This document shows, in pieces, positions 54,895 through 64,000 of a DNA stretch of 64,000 nucleotides. The translations under genes and the position numbers were made by a program. Source of the stretch: a virus. The notes beneath the pieces are model-generated. The model ran no database searches. It saw only the letters and a list, made by a program, of their open reading frames with translations, and was not told the DNA's origin. Location: the IMG/VR virus record IMGVR_UViG_3300031227_000013. The stretch is one strand, 5' to 3'. Numbering within the stretch: position 1 is the first letter of the stretch; each line of letters opens with the position of its first letter.

Positions 54895-57570
54895 TTATAC
54901 TTGTGTTAAATTCATTGCACTATTTATAATATACTGCGTCGCTAGGTCTTTTTCATCTATTTCATTATTAGCGTACCCTTTAAGAGAACCCTTTTCTTTC
55001 CAACGATCCTTACCCGGGAAAGACATTGTTGTCTGATCTACTCCCTTAACTTCAAGTTCTTTCCATTTAGTACCCCCAGTTATAATAGCCTGCCACGTAG
55101 ATACAGGCAGGTAAAATCCTTCTGTCAGATAATTTAGAGTTCCCGGGAATACGGTACCTATTTTCTTAAGATTCTCCATAGACTCCTGTACAGAATCTTT
55201 GAATATTTCAAAAATAGGTTGGATGCCTTCCGCCTGCCCCTCTATCTGCTCTCCTACCTGATTAGGAATAGTTGCATAGCCTTCCTCTCCCGCATCACCT
55301 ACTTTATCTCTTAGACCGGTAGCTATAATACTGTCTATATTTCCGGTAACTGCAGTAATGCTTTTAAACCTTGTGGGACCCTTACAATCCAATACAGGAT
55401 CACTTGTGGAAACCACAACATTAACATCTTCCCCTTTATGATCCAAAGCCGTAAAATCAGCGATTCCTTTTGTTATTGTTACAGCAGATGTACCTATATC
55501 TACCCTTTTTGTTAATACCTCAAAGATACTATTTGTTAAAGATAATGATCCTCCGCTTAAATGAGTAACAGCGAAGAGACCTCCTTTTTCTATATTAATA
55601 GCATTTACACCCGTATTGGTTATAACACGTCCCGAATTTATCTGGGTAGTAGTTGCATGATAGTTCGAAGAACCCCCATACCCTATATAGTTATGCTTGG
55701 ATAGTACAGCCAGATTAGACGCACTCTTAAGTACAATACCTCCCCCAGCCCCAGTCAACTCCTGTATCCCCCCGTCTTTAGTAAAGGCAGCTATATCCAG
55801 ATTAGATTCGGATTTATTCTCTATAAGCATAGTACCCTGTTTACCCGAAGCGGCAGCTGTTAACTGTACATTCCCTGCTGCTACAATACTAATAGCATTG
55901 TCCGAGGTTATCTCGGTAACTCCTTTACAGGATTTCTGGATATTATGCCGAGGAGCGAAAGTTACTTTATCTCTTCCGGGCTGTTCTACAATATCTCCGG
56001 GGCATGTCAAATATATATTACCTTTAAAAAATCTTATTTCTTCCCCGTACCCCCCGCTTATAACAATGCTCCCATCTTCCAGCTGTCTTATAGCTGTAGA
56101 GACATCAAACACTTCGACTCCGTCTGTTCTCTGTCCGTCCGCATTTACAAAGGGAAGTATAGTAGTTCTTCTCGGAGGTTCCTCGTAATGTGGGAGTTCA
56201 TCGGTTAGTGCGGCTAATGTAAAGGTCGAACTAAAAGATGCATCAGTAGCAGCATTAAATGATTTATATACATCTTCTCTAGAAGTCTTAACATCCCAAT
56301 AATCTTTGGTCTGTGCTCCGGCAAATGAATTCTTTGTAGCTTCGTGTTCGTCGTATTCATCCAGAATCTGCTTACCCAGGAAAGCTAACTCTCCCAGCTC
56401 TTCATGATTCTCAGACCACGCTTCTCTTTCGAATACTGTCTCTGCAGAAGTATCTTCTGTATCTGAATCTTCTTTTTCTTTAGGGGCAACTATATAGACT
56501 GTTTTTTCCAGAGACAATTCTTTAGCTGCTTTAACCCTGAATACTCCATCAGGTCTTTTTTCAACACTTAAGGTTGCGGGGGCTGAAACTGCGTCATTCT
56601 TATAGTAATCTCCGGGAGAGGGTACTGTCATATATTCATAAGATCCGTCTACCAAATATCCCTCCAGAATATTCATAGAGAAATACCCTCGGACAGTATC
56701 TGAATCTTCAGGAGTCCATACTCTGGACTTCTTTAACTTGGGGTCAGACGACTCACTATCTACCAGGGCTGGATTATCAGATAGAGCTCCCAGCCCCTCA
56801 TTTATAGAGGAAGCAACGCTTCGTATACTGGATATACCATATCTGTCATAATATGTCCGTTCGTCGTAAGCGGCATTTTGGGTTATAAGCTTCTCACCCG
56901 TTATACGGACTGTGTTATCAAATAGAAAGCATTCCACACGGGCCATATCGGATGCCTTCATAAATACTGTAAAATCATTAAGCAGCATCCCCCCACCCAG
57001 AGCATTGATTTTACACCACTCCCCGGGAACAGTATCCAGAGGTCTGCCATATGAAAAATCACGAAGCATCAGAGGATATGCGTCTTCAGACAGTGTCTGT
57101 TCTTTCTGATCAGGTCTGTTTAGAGAGGATACTCCGCTTCTTGGAATCAAGTCCGCATATTTATTAAATAGATGTTCGTTATCCGGTTCCAGAGCTATTA
57201 CATTTGCACTACCTAAAATAATATTGGGCAGCATTATATCTGATTCCTTACCGGGGACAAATATCAAAACGTAGGTTCCAGGGGAAAAATTAGTGACGTC
57301 CTTATATCCATATACTCTATCACTGCTCTGATTGAGGAGTATAGCATAGTCATTCATCATCCCTTTACCTACAGACACTCTGTATACTCCAGTGGTGGGA
57401 GCCATTGAGATAACTACAGCCACGGTAATAAATCCTGAAGGTTCCTCGTAATGTTGTATTCTGGACAGATCCTCCATAGCTGCAGCAGCTGTTTCGGATG
57501 CTTGTACGGCATCTCTTCCATCATCTGAAGAAAGAGGGGGATTAATATTGGCAACAATAGTAGGTGGCAT
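54895..57570 (-). CDS. Baseplate spike/hub protein (gp5/VgrG-like)
   Basis: N-terminal OB-like segment (PGTYVLIFVP...ILGS), GGSI/GEEI beta-helix-like segments; 891 aa. Confidence 0.5.
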   Translation of the reverse strand: MPPTIVANINPPLSSDDGRDAVQASETAAAAMEDLSRIQHYEEPSGFITVAVVISMAPTTGVYRVSVGKGMMNDYAILLNQSSDRVYGYKDVTNFSPGTYVLIFVPGKESDIMLPNIILGSANVIALEPDNEHLFNKYADLIPRSGVSSLNRPDQKEQTLSEDAYPLMLRDFSYGRPLDTVPGEWCKINALGGGMLLNDFTVFMKASDMARVECFLFDNTVRITGEKLITQNAAYDERTYYDRYGISSIRSVASSINEGLGALSDNPALVDSESSDPKLKKSRVWTPEDSDTVRGYFSMNILEGYLVDGSYEYMTVPSPGDYYKNDAVSAPATLSVEKRPDGVFRVKAAKELSLEKTVYIVAPKEKEDSDTEDTSAETVFEREAWSENHEELGELAFLGKQILDEYDEHEATKNSFAGAQTKDYWDVKTSREDVYKSFNAATDASFSSTFTLAALTDELPHYEEPPRRTTILPFVNADGQRTDGVEVFDVSTAIRQLEDGSIVISGGYGEEIRFFKGNIYLTCPGDIVEQPGRDKVTFAPRHNIQKSCKGVTEITSDNAISIVAAGNVQLTAAASGKQGTMLIENKSESNLDIAAFTKDGGIQELTGAGGGIVLKSASNLAVLSKHNYIGYGGSSNYHATTTQINSGRVITNTGVNAINIEKGGLFAVTHLSGGSLSLTNSIFEVLTKRVDIGTSAVTITKGIADFTALDHKGEDVNVVVSTSDPVLDCKGPTRFKSITAVTGNIDSIIATGLRDKVGDAGEEGYATIPNQVGEQIEGQAEGIQPIFEIFKDSVQESMENLKKIGTVFPGTLNYLTEGFYLPVSTWQAIITGGTKWKELEVKGVDQTTMSFPGKDRWKEKGSLKGYANNEIDEKDLATQYIINSAMNLTQV

Positions 57571-57574
57571 ATGT

Positions 57575-57609
57575 GTAAAAATAAGGCCACTATTTCTAGC
57601 GGCCTTATT
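57575..57609 (-). terminator. Intrinsic terminator after the tail tube gene
   Basis: AAUAAGGCCGCUA-GAAA-UAGUGGCCUUAUU followed by a U tract. Confidence 0.85.
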
Positions 57610-57632
57610 CCTTTAATTACAGCTTGGTGATT

Positions 57633-58094
57633 TTACTTGAGAGATAAACCGCCTATAACGAGTGTCGTTCCGGCACTCAATATAGCTAGATCCCCGGCCT
57701 GGACAGACGCGGAGAGTCCCTGCAGTAAACAGTACTTACAAACGAACTGAAGACCGCCCCCTGTAGTATCATCGTCACAGGTTACGTTGGCCGCTTTAAT
57801 AGTCAACACATTACCCGCGATTTGACAGGGATCTGTATAGCGTTCCAGGAAGTCTTTAATACCGCCGGAAGGTCCGACGATTATTCCCAGCTGGACGGTT
57901 CCATTACCCCGTCCTGCTATAAGATATTGCTTATTGTTATTCAATGGATTTATTTTGTTAATAGGTCGGTTGTACTGGATAGCGCACGTGTTGACGATTA
58001 GATCGTCGAGCCCGCCTGCCAGAGATATAATAGCTCCGTCGAGTTTCCATGCACCGCCATGTTGTACATCCTGACCGAAAATATCGTTAGCCAT
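57633..58094 (-). CDS. Tail tube protein
   Basis: 153 aa directly after the sheath; IQYNRPINKI...GNGTVQLGII beta pattern. Confidence 0.65.
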   Translation of the reverse strand: MANDIFGQDVQHGGAWKLDGAIISLAGGLDDLIVNTCAIQYNRPINKINPLNNNKQYLIAGRGNGTVQLGIIVGPSGGIKDFLERYTDPCQIAGNVLTIKAANVTCDDDTTGGGLQFVCKYCLLQGLSASVQAGDLAILSAGTTLVIGGLSLK

Positions 58095-58107
58095 TGCCTT
58101 ATCTCCT

Positions 58108-60846
58108 CTATGATATTAACATTGTGATGCTTAGATTATTCAATGGATACGGCAGTGTAGGCTCAATAGTCAGCCAGATATGGTCGCGAAGTACTGCATC
58201 GACTTCCAATCTGGTGATTTCGTAATCCTGTAACTGTGGACCCAATGTCAGAGAATAAGGTAAACCCTCAATATACTCTGCTGTTGAATGCGTACGTGTC
58301 CGTATGATATCAATCATATCTGCGGATACGTTGCCCCTACCTATAATATCGCTGAACCCATCTCTGAAAATTCTGGAAATACTGTCCAGATTAGTCGTGA
58401 TGGTCTGTTCACGCATATTAATATCTGTATTATCAGTAGATACCTGATGTCTGGTATATACCGTTCCTGATAGATCTTTAGTAACAATCCATACTCCATT
58501 ACCTGCCATGATATTCAACTGAGTTGCATTAAACATCAGAGACCTGGTAAGTGTAGCAAATCCCGTTACTGATACATTAGTAAGAGGTGCATGTGGAGCT
58601 ACTCCGGAACGTAATCCGGCTAAAGCAGCACATAGATAAATACCACTTACACTCGCAGTACCGTCGGATACTGTATCAGGCCATACGTAATACATACGTC
58701 TGTTACTGATAGTTCCGGCAGCCTGTCCGATAGCTGTTGCATATTGCGTCAGAGTTAAAGTACTGTATACCTCTATCTTAACTGCGATAGGATACTCAGA
58801 ACTCAACGCTGTTACCAGAGTAAGCTCTTCTTCTGTATCCACACTGTCGATGACAGCTGTATCGTAGATAGTTTCTCCGGCGTATGGACGGTAATTTATA
58901 CGTAGAACATCTCCGGCGACAACGCCGTTTGTAATAAACAGCCCGTCCTCCAGTGTTACTTTAGTATAGTTAGTACCGCTTGAAGGATCTGTAACAGTTG
59001 CTTCCAGATCTTCTCCCGAAGCATCCGCTATATATACAGAAGCAGATTGTTCCTCGTTTGAGTTAACCCATCCGATTCGCCAGTTATTTTTAGTAGCTGC
59101 CGATTGAGCATCAACGTGCCCATCCAGAAGAGTTATGACAGATGCCAGTTTAGTCATCGGCACCAGTGAATAAACATCCTGATTTGAGGATAGAGTATCC
59201 AGAGCCGTAGTATACCCAGCTAAATCATCAGAAGCCGTACCTATATAATATACAGGGGTTCCATTTGAGTTTAGAAGGGCTGAATAAACACCTTTAGCCA
59301 GTGGATTATCCGTTGAAACAGTCCCTAATGTAGCGGCTACTTCTGTTGGATCTGACAAAGTATTTATGGAGGTAGTATTGGTAGTTAATAATTCTCTGTA
59401 CTCAACACACATACCTGAATTTAAAACAGGAAATTGAGCTGATGTTCCTAAGTAAGTTCCGGTAATTTCAGCTGATCCCAGCATAACTATACTGGAGGCT
59501 GCAGTTGTGTAATAAATACTTGGACAGACAACATCATCTACAAGACTGATAGTGACTGATAAAGCATCTCCTACAGCAGCTTCTTCCGAACCTACTACTA
59601 ATTTATCCGCCAGAAGAATTGTTCTGACAGCTCCGTCAGCAGATGCCAGAGCACTTACTGACCATGAATCTCCACCACAATATTGTGCAGCACTAGCGAG
59701 AGTCATTGTTACTCCGTAGTTACCTACCAGAGTTGCTCCAGCTGTGGAAACTACTGTATTACTTTGAACGTCATATCCGTTGTTGGTGATAATATCGTAT
59801 ATAATATTATCTGTTCCGACAACTCCACCCTGTACAATTCGGTAGATATAAGTAGTATCTGTAGCACCTGAGAAAGTTCCACCAGCTACAGGAGTTGGTT
59901 TAACATATAACTGAGTTGCTGACATTACCCAAGTGTCCCCGATCTGAAGATCATTATAATCGTTATCAGAACTGGAACTAACACTTTCTGTAACAGAAGA
60001 AGAACTTTCTGTAATAGAAGAATTACTCTCGCTTTGAGAAGAACTGCTGTGTCCCGAAGAAGAACTGCTTTCCGCGTTAACAAGGGAGCAGGTAATTCCT
60101 CTGGTTCCAATGGCTGTTGATGTATAATTAACAGTTACCAAAGATACATCATCTGTTCCCGATGTGGAAACAACGGATGCTTCAGCTATTCCGGAAGTTC
60201 CGGCCTTTGTGACAGTGACGGTGTATGTATCACTTATTTCTCCTTCATCCAGTCCGTCGTATGTTCCGCCCGCTGATACAGTTAAAGCAATATCCGCGAT
60301 AGTTTGTGAATCTACAGCAGGTGCTACAGCTATGGCAGCATCCTGATTGGATGTGGATGCTGTAGCTGTACCTACTGTAGCTACTGTTTCAGCATCAAAG
60401 CCCGCTACACGGGTGCTTAATACATTAGCGTCCCATGTGACACTGACTCTATCCCCTACAGCTACATCCCTTGTTCCGAATGTTCCTGCAGTACGGGAAT
60501 ACCCGTTAGCTGTTTTTAAAATTAAACTTGCGGCACGTATTTTATTACTGCCTGCAGCTTCCCCGGCGGGTACCGAAAAACCAGTCCCGGAGTAGTATCT
60601 CAGAATAGCATCTGTGAAATTTACTACTACCGTGTCTTGTTCAACAGTACTTCCGGCACTTTTATCCGGCCAGGAATAAGTCGTCGACGTTGTTCTGTCG
60701 TACGCACCAAGAGATTCGCAACCTGTAGTTCCGGTATGCACCCCGTACTGTGGCCCGATAATACAAGCGTACAGAGGAGTGATGCCCGTAGTCAGAGCGG
60801 CTTCGAATTCCTGGAAGATTTTTAATTGGGGCTGAATATATGCCAT
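58108..60846 (-). CDS. Contractile tail sheath protein with inserted surface domains
   Basis: C-terminal sheath core (YLCAALAGLRSG, HAPLTNVSV, NATQLNIMAGNGV, TRHQVST, LDSISR, PYPLNNLSI). Confidence 0.8.
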   Translation of the reverse strand: MAYIQPQLKIFQEFEAALTTGITPLYACIIGPQYGVHTGTTGCESLGAYDRTTSTTYSWPDKSAGSTVEQDTVVVNFTDAILRYYSGTGFSVPAGEAAGSNKIRAASLILKTANGYSRTAGTFGTRDVAVGDRVSVTWDANVLSTRVAGFDAETVATVGTATASTSNQDAAIAVAPAVDSQTIADIALTVSAGGTYDGLDEGEISDTYTVTVTKAGTSGIAEASVVSTSGTDDVSLVTVNYTSTAIGTRGITCSLVNAESSSSSGHSSSSQSESNSSITESSSSVTESVSSSSDNDYNDLQIGDTWVMSATQLYVKPTPVAGGTFSGATDTTYIYRIVQGGVVGTDNIIYDIITNNGYDVQSNTVVSTAGATLVGNYGVTMTLASAAQYCGGDSWSVSALASADGAVRTILLADKLVVGSEEAAVGDALSVTISLVDDVVCPSIYYTTAASSIVMLGSAEITGTYLGTSAQFPVLNSGMCVEYRELLTTNTTSINTLSDPTEVAATLGTVSTDNPLAKGVYSALLNSNGTPVYYIGTASDDLAGYTTALDTLSSNQDVYSLVPMTKLASVITLLDGHVDAQSAATKNNWRIGWVNSNEEQSASVYIADASGEDLEATVTDPSSGTNYTKVTLEDGLFITNGVVAGDVLRINYRPYAGETIYDTAVIDSVDTEEELTLVTALSSEYPIAVKIEVYSTLTLTQYATAIGQAAGTISNRRMYYVWPDTVSDGTASVSGIYLCAALAGLRSGVAPHAPLTNVSVTGFATLTRSLMFNATQLNIMAGNGVWIVTKDLSGTVYTRHQVSTDNTDINMREQTITTNLDSISRIFRDGFSDIIGRGNVSADMIDIIRTRTHSTAEYIEGLPYSLTLGPQLQDYEITRLEVDAVLRDHIWLTIEPTLPYPLNNLSITMLIS

Positions 60847-60868
60847 TTTTTCTTCCTTTTTTAAAAAA

Positions 60869-61531
60869 TTAAGATATATCTGAGTTAATAGCTACTCTCT
60901 TTAAGATAGGTGCATCTTGATACAAAGTCCAGTCATATGAATAATTCCAGGAAAGTTTTATAGAAACCATCCAATTTTCTTTATTTTCGTCAACTTTCTG
61001 CACTGGGGATACTTCCTGAACACTGAATGCTCCAAGTTTAGCTTCCTTCTGCAGAGGTTCTTTGTATGCCAGATACTTAAAAAAAACTTCCAGGCCGATT
61101 CTATCTGCTTCGGCCCCCGACTGTCCTACGCATATAAGAGTATGTCCGCCGGTTACAAAAACGGTATAATCTACTCCTTTATGTGTTTCATTTTTTTCGA
61201 AATGCGAAAGATGTCTACCATGTCCCAGACTATAATTCGAAATAACCTGTATAGCTTCTCTTTTTATATATACCGCAGGTCTCCTCTGAACAACCGTTGG
61301 ATTCCATTTATAAGAAGGTTCAATCTGAATACGGGTAGTTTCATCAACCGTCCACAGATATTCCTTCAGCTGCTCGTTAATAATATTAGCTGCATTAAAA
61401 AAATGATTGCGGGTAAACTGTGTGAACAGCCCTGTTAAAATATAAGGGTCTCTTTTCAAACACAGAGAAGTTTTTTCTGTGTTTATTACCTGTCCGTTAG
61501 GATCCCATGTAGGTTCTGTATGTTCAGCCAC
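60869..61531 (-). CDS. Tail completion/terminator protein
   Basis: RRPAVYIKRE; position between neck and sheath genes. Confidence 0.5.
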   Translation of the reverse strand: MAEHTEPTWDPNGQVINTEKTSLCLKRDPYILTGLFTQFTRNHFFNAANIINEQLKEYLWTVDETTRIQIEPSYKWNPTVVQRRPAVYIKREAIQVISNYSLGHGRHLSHFEKNETHKGVDYTVFVTGGHTLICVGQSGAEADRIGLEVFFKYLAYKEPLQKEAKLGAFSVQEVSPVQKVDENKENWMVSIKLSWNYSYDWTLYQDAPILKRVAINSDIS

Positions 61532-61551
61532 TAATACATCCTTTCTTTAAG

Positions 61552-62562
61552 CTACCAGTTTTCATCTTCCAATCCTCTACGCCAGCCCTTATTGTCTGTC
61601 GTATCTGTTGATTTAATTATATCTGTGGATTCATCAGGGGCTTTTTCTGTAACAGCCACTGTCTCCGAAGGACATTCAGAGGTCTCTATTTCGAATCCTT
61701 CGTCTTCGTCCTCTACAGGGATATCCATAGATATATCTGTTTCCGGAAGTCTCCGCAGACTTAATTTAAATATAATAGGTTTACCTTCTATTTCCGCAGC
61801 GTGTTCTACCTTACGGATAACAAATCTTTCGTTACTCTGTGCATCCACCCATATATCTCCTGAGTCGATCCATGGATATGCTACTGCACGGGCTGTTCTG
61901 TCCTGCATATTCAGCATACCGATACCACCTTCGTTTAACTTGCGGTCTCGGGCTGTCAGTCCTACATCCAGCCAATATTCTATTCCGGGATAATATCCCC
62001 CTATAATGCCTGTACCGAAGCATTCTTCACAAGATCCGTTAACAACTTCCTCGATATCGTAATCTGTGCAGTCAGGGCATTTAGTCCCCCATTCCTTACG
62101 TTTAAGAAGGAACCCCTGTCTACCGCCCTTTTTCTTGAGGCGCAGATATTCTTTACGGACTATTTCTTTCATCACCAGATAATTATCTCTCTGTAATACT
62201 CCCAGAGCCTGTTCCGGTAATGATGTAAGAGTTTCCCAGTCCCCGCTATCCTCGCTGGTCTCACTGTTTGTGGAAGAGCTTGAACTCCCTGTAGCAGGAT
62301 CGGGCCTGATAACAGCCCGCACATGGTAGTAGAGATTCTTCTCCATGTTGTAGTTATACTTAACAGTATCCACCAGAAAACAATCGTCGGTAACAGGGCT
62401 GTCTGGATTAATACAAGTCCACGGTCCCCCTGATCTAGCCATATCCACATAGAAATAAGCTGTATAGCCTGTGTCTACTGAGAAGTTTCTAGCCATCAGC
62501 CAATGGATAATCTTATGATTATCAGGAGTTGTCAATACATCTATGTGATGAAAATTAGCCAT
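61552..62562 (-). CDS. Neck / head-closure protein with zinc finger
   Basis: KCPDC...SCEECFGTGIIGGY, WIDSGDIWV..RFVI; N-terminal Ig-like domain with a Ser-rich loop. Confidence 0.65.
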   Translation of the reverse strand: MANFHHIDVLTTPDNHKIIHWLMARNFSVDTGYTAYFYVDMARSGGPWTCINPDSPVTDDCFLVDTVKYNYNMEKNLYYHVRAVIRPDPATGSSSSSTNSETSEDSGDWETLTSLPEQALGVLQRDNYLVMKEIVRKEYLRLKKKGGRQGFLLKRKEWGTKCPDCTDYDIEEVVNGSCEECFGTGIIGGYYPGIEYWLDVGLTARDRKLNEGGIGMLNMQDRTARAVAYPWIDSGDIWVDAQSNERFVIRKVEHAAEIEGKPIIFKLSLRRLPETDISMDIPVEDEDEGFEIETSECPSETVAVTEKAPDESTDIIKSTDTTDNKGWRRGLEDENW

Positions 62563-62564
62563 TA

Positions 62565-63545
62565 TTAATAGTATATAACTGTACGTACTCCGCCGTAGAC
62601 ACCCTCGGCGTTAATACGAAATTTTTCGTGTTGCATCCATTCCAGATACTGTATGTGTATCTGTTCCGCTAGTTGTACATATACTTCCGCTCGGGACTTA
62701 TCGTTGATTGAAAGTCCTGCAGCCTGATAATCCAGTTTATTCCTCAATAGATTACGGGAGGCCATCTTGAGCAGTTCTCCGGCAGTAGCTTCCATCCAGT
62801 AGTATCTATATGGGAAAGTAGCCGGTGTATACTGTGCATTCATTAAATGGGGCGGTCTTTCGTTCCACTCGTCGACAGGTCTGCGTATAGCGAACGCTAT
62901 CTCGGAGTCAGAAAATTCAAGATCATCCAGAAGAGGATTATCCGCGGGACATCTGTCCAGCAGAAGTATTCGCACTTCGGGAATAGTTATAGTATTATTA
63001 GTCCGTTCCGCGGACGTCAGACTCTTTTCTATATACAGATAAATATCATACTGTGCTATCACTTCCAGAGAAGCGTCCTGTAGATGAAAAGCTCCGAGCC
63101 ATACCCCCGCGTACGGGATATCCACAGCCTTCAGAGACAGCGATATCATTCCTGTAGCGGAATCAGTTATTGTACAAGTCTTATTCAGATAAAAATTCGC
63201 AGCGTCAGATGTTTCCTTAGCAAGGAATTTAACTCTACTTATATCAGTGAGTACTACGGGAGTTCCGTTAGTATGCTGTATCTGAATATTGTATTTACGT
63301 TTAGTCCCCGTGACTGCTGCTATTACAGGTCTGTTACAGGGAGTGCCTCCTATATCTCCGGGATACACTAATCCATCCGAAGGGCTGGTGGGAATTCCAG
63401 GGCCTATTCCGCCCCCTACTCCAGGGGGCTGACCTATTCCAGCCCCTGCGTCGGCGTCTCCGCCTATCAAGCAAATATCTGGTAACATCCTATATATCTC
63501 CAGTGACATGCTCCAGCAATTGTTTCTGCTGTGCACGTTGTTCAA
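62565..63545 (-). CDS. Head-tail adaptor with N-terminal BppU/Ig-like domain (likely start 63488)
   Basis: EVRILLLDR..DNPLLDDLEFSDSEI...ELLKMA...RNKLDYQAAGLSINDK helical adaptor pattern. Confidence 0.6.
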   Translation of the reverse strand: MNNVHSRNNCWSMSLEIYRMLPDICLIGGDADAGAGIGQPPGVGGGIGPGIPTSPSDGLVYPGDIGGTPCNRPVIAAVTGTKRKYNIQIQHTNGTPVVLTDISRVKFLAKETSDAANFYLNKTCTITDSATGMISLSLKAVDIPYAGVWLGAFHLQDASLEVIAQYDIYLYIEKSLTSAERTNNTITIPEVRILLLDRCPADNPLLDDLEFSDSEIAFAIRRPVDEWNERPPHLMNAQYTPATFPYRYYWMEATAGELLKMASRNLLRNKLDYQAAGLSINDKSRAEVYVQLAEQIHIQYLEWMQHEKFRINAEGVYGGVRTVIYY

Positions 63546-63762
63546 TTTTTGATAAAATCCGTCCTACAATAAGCATCTGGTCAGGCGATAGAGGGATAGA
63601 AGATCCCTGCTTACCCCCCACGTACATCTTAGTAGGATATAGATGTACTGTGTTAGCTCCGGAACCTACAGCTAGATGTCTTCCAAATACACTATGTTTT
63701 CCATAATGTACATCTGGTCCCAGTACAAAATGATCGTATTCGTATTTAGGCTTCTTTTCCAT
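63490..63762 (-). CDS. Hypothetical protein
   Basis: AAGGA RBS after a palindrome copy. Confidence 0.55.
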   Translation of the reverse strand: MEKKPKYEYDHFVLGPDVHYGKHSVFGRHLAVGSGANTVHLYPTKMYVGGKQGSSIPLSPDQMLIVGRILSKIEQRAQQKQLLEHVTGDI

Positions 63763-63800
63763 AAATATCCTTATTTAGAAAGTCTACCATGGTAGACTAT

Positions 63801-63983
63801 TTATTTATCTTCCTCATATCGCTGTATATTCTTTCCCGACATTTCTTTATTTTCCTTTAACCACTCTCTTAGTCCGCATTCATTAGCGGAAAACTCTTCT
63901 TTATTCATCCACTTAGTATCAATAACAGCCCCTCCATATCCGTCTTTATCGACTTGATAATACTGACTGAAATCATAACTCAT
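63801..63983 (-). CDS. Small hypothetical protein
   Basis: ORF track. Confidence 0.45.
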   Translation of the reverse strand: MSYDFSQYYQVDKDGYGGAVIDTKWMNKEEFSANECGLREWLKENKEMSGKNIQRYEEDK

Positions 63984-64000
63984 TTGAGTTATACCATATT

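Noticed and set aside
61213-61223. Partial match GTCTACCATG to the palindrome family
   Set aside because: Half-site only, inside coding sequence; compatible with chance.
31593-63545. Extracellular contractile injection system or tailocin rather than a phage
   Set aside because: Terminase, neck/adaptor proteins and a full replication module are present; no eCIS-type AAA+ ATPase cluster was recognised.
210-63706. Many short opposite-strand ORFs in the six-frame track (for example 210..575, 3401..3910, 17144..17536, 55697..56188)
   Set aside because: They overlap well-supported genes in antisense, lack RBS and motifs, and have shadow-like composition.
1-64000. Stop-codon reassignment, tRNA genes, CRISPR arrays, integrase
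   Set aside because: Long genes are intact in the standard code and TAG, TGA and TAA all end genes. I found no cloverleaf/T-arm signatures, regularly spaced repeats or recombinase motifs by eye.

Overview
A 64-kb segment of a large tailed dsDNA bacteriophage with a contractile (myovirus-type) tail, read in the standard genetic code and mostly on the minus strand. Left to right: a replication/recombination operon (DUF1016_N-like protein, RecA-like recombinase, putative SSB, family A DNA polymerase, primase, DnaB-like helicase, free-standing HNH-type endonuclease, UvsW-like helicase, Rad50/Mre11 pair); a structured non-coding gap; a plus-strand large terminase split by an intein, followed by a sialidase-like BNR protein; an accessory region of small genes including a discrete radical-SAM operon; and a long morphogenesis cluster (poly-Ser/LRR protein, five paralogous tail-tip genes, baseplate, sigma factor, tape measure, frameshifted chaperones, spike/hub, tube, sheath, neck). 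Top observations: (1) the terminase intein carries a complete LAGLIDADG homing endonuclease in the +1 frame while its own frame stays stop-free for about 408 codons, a dual-coding intein; (2) a radical SAM-SPASM enzyme with an atypical Cys motif is co-transcribed with four otherwise dissimilar small proteins that all begin MK(N/Y)RxxFVSNSSSSSF, suggesting a leader-directed protein modification system; (3) a palindrome TCTACCATGGTAGA recurs four times; a shared promoter-like motif CT(A/T)AA-N15-TGGCATAATA recurs three times, and one copy precedes a candidate structured RNA of about 126 nt. No tRNA, CRISPR array or integrase was recognised. All product calls come from motif reading by eye, without database searches.
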